DNA of 64,000 bases, taken from positions 5,830,001 through 5,894,000 of the forward strand of contig NC_086101.1 in the NCBI RefSeq assembly GCF_963921235.1, read 5' to 3'. A program made the position numbers and the translations under genes. The DNA comes from Mobula hypostoma (Eukaryota). This document shows, one piece after another, positions 61,976 to 64,000 of this stretch. The notes beneath the pieces were generated by a model. It did not search any database. It was not told the DNA's origin and saw nothing but the letters and a program-made list of their open reading frames with translations. The first letter of the stretch is position 1. Each line of letters opens with the position of its first letter.

Positions 61976-64000
61976 TCGAAGTTTCAGTCGAAGCAAGCAG
62001 TTGAGAAGAAGGGAGTGAAGAAATCGGGTAGAAAAAGTCGTTTTTTTTAACACTGCTCGGGGAGAAGGGTCTGCACTGCGCAGGCGCATGACGTGGCGCG
62101 CCAAGGTTTCAAAGAGACCACCATATAGAGCGGCCATCATCGGAGTGGACTGAGTCAGAGTGGGACGGCTTTGGCTCAACAGGCTTCGGTGAGAACAAGC
62201 AGAGGCCGGGGTAGGTTCCGGTAAGTTTTCTGTTCAGATTGTTTAGAGTAGAGAGAATTCCAGGCAGGATGTTGGAATGCTCCTCTTGCAGGATGTGGGA
62301 AGTCAGGGAGCCCTCTGGTGTCCCTGACAACGACTCCTGCAAGAAGTGCATCCAGCTGCAGCTCCTAACAAACCGCGTTAGAGAACTGGAGCAGGAGCTG
62401 GATGACCTGTGGATCATTTGGGAGAATAAGGAGATTATAGATAGTAGCTACAGGGAGGTAATTACGCCAAAGGAGCAGAGCACAGGAAGTTGCGTCACTG
62501 TCAGGTGAGGGAAGAGGAAAGGGCAGGCAGAGCAGGGTTCCCTTGTGGCCATTCCCCTCAACAACAAGTATACCGCATTGGATACTGTTGGGGGGGATGA
62601 CTTACCTGGGACAAGCTGCAGTAGCCAGATCTCTGGCACTGAGTCTGGCTCTGCAGTGCAGAAGGGAGGGTGGAAAAAGAGGAGAGCGGTAGTGATAGGG
62701 GACTGGATAGTTAGAGGTGCAGATAGGAGGTTCTGTGGTCATGACAGAGAATCCAGGATGGTTTGTTGCCTCCCGGGTGCCGGGGTCAAGGATGTCTCTG
62801 ATCGCTTGTATGATATTCTGAAGTGGGAGGGTGATCAACCAGATGTCGTGGTGCACATCGGTACCAATGACATAGCAAGGAAGAGTGAAGAGGTCCTGGA
62901 GAGTGAGTATAGAGAGCTTGGTAGGAAGTTGAAAAGCAGGACCTCGAGGGTGGTAATCTCAGGATTGCTACCTGTGCTAGGTGCCAATGAGGGTAGGAAT
63001 ATGATGCTCTGGAGGATGAACAAGTGGCTGAGGAACTGGTGTAGGGGGCAGGGTTTCAGATTTCAGGATCATTGGGACCTCTTCTGGGGCAGGTGGGACC
63101 TGTACAAGAGAGACGGGTTACACTTGAACTACAGGGGACCAATATCCTTTCAGGGAGGTTTGTTAATGCTATTGGGGAGGCTTTAAACTAGATTTGCAAG
63201 GGGATGGGAACCAGAGTGCCTGAGCTGACAGTGTGGCTGGGGTGAAAATAAATGATGTTAAAAGTTCAAGCAAATCCGCTAATAGAAAGGTTGTGAGTGG
63301 TGGTAAAAATCTTCTGAGGTGTATATATTTCAATGCTAGGAGTATTGCGGGGAAGGTGGATGAGTTGAGGGCGTGGATTGACACGTAGAATTATGATGTT
63401 ATAGCAATTAGTGAAACTGGGCTACAGGAGGGGCAGGACTGGCAGCTTAATATTTCAGGGTTCCGATGTTTCAGATGTGATCAAGGCAGAGGAATGAAAG
63501 GTGGGGGAGTAGCATTATTTGTTAGGGAAAATATTACAGCAGTGCTCAGGCAGGACAGATTAGATGGCTTGTCTACTGAGTCCTTATGGGTGGAGCTCAG
63601 AAACAGGAAAGGTATGGCCACATTAGTGGGGTTGTATTAACGTGAACTGGAGGAGCAAATCTGCAGAGAGATACCAGGCAACTACAGGAAACATGAAGTT
63701 GTGGTGGTAGGGGATTTTAATTTTCGATATATTGATTGGGACTTCCATACTGTTAGGGGTCTAGATGGTTTAGAGTTTGTAAAATGTGTTCAGGAAAGTT
63801 TTCTAAATCAATATATAGAGGGACCAACCAGAGGGGATGCAATATTGGATCTCCTGTTAGGAAACGAGTTAGGACAAGTGACGGAAGTCTGTGTAGGGGA
63901 GCGTTTTAGTTCGGTGATCATAACACCATTAGTTTCAACTTGATCATGGACAAGGATAGATCCGGTCCTAGGGTTGAGGTTCTGAACTGGAAGAAGGCCA
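61976..64000 (+). mobile_element. CR1 LINE 5' portion: 5' UTR, ORF1 (Zn finger, zipper, SGNH esterase), ORF2 endonuclease; runs off the window
   Basis: CSSCRMWE...CKKCIQLQLL, CLPGA...HIGTND...DGLHLN and VVGDFNF peptides; several stops. Confidence 0.9.

Overview
Vertebrate genomic DNA, not prokaryotic. The repeat families and TRIM exon style point to a cartilaginous fish, probably a ray (inference). The only host gene is the 3' part of a class IV (PRY-SPRY/B30.2) TRIM gene on the + strand: exons of 234, 23 and 119 bp at 401-2389 and a PRY-SPRY exon at 33365-33939 after a ~31 kb intron. It has an in-frame TGA and a probable C-terminal frameshift, so it is probably a pseudogene. Most of the rest is nested transposable elements: many CR1 LINEs, Penelope-like (RT + GIY-YIG) elements with minimal hammerhead ribozymes, Rex1/Babar LINEs, a young 5'-truncated L1, hAT and Tc1 remnants, a young Gmr1-like Gypsy LTR element with intact SCAN-like Gag and collapsed pol, and a second LTR element whose LTR is flanked by both PPT and PBS. 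The most notable signals are a recurrent A6C hammerhead core variant, an inverted two-armed Penelope insertion containing a 46-bp G-rich minisatellite with higher-order structure, the non-autonomous Gmr1-like element, and a thrice-repeated CTCF-like module. I see no clear evidence of a wholly new biological system. Boundaries of old TE fragments are approximate.
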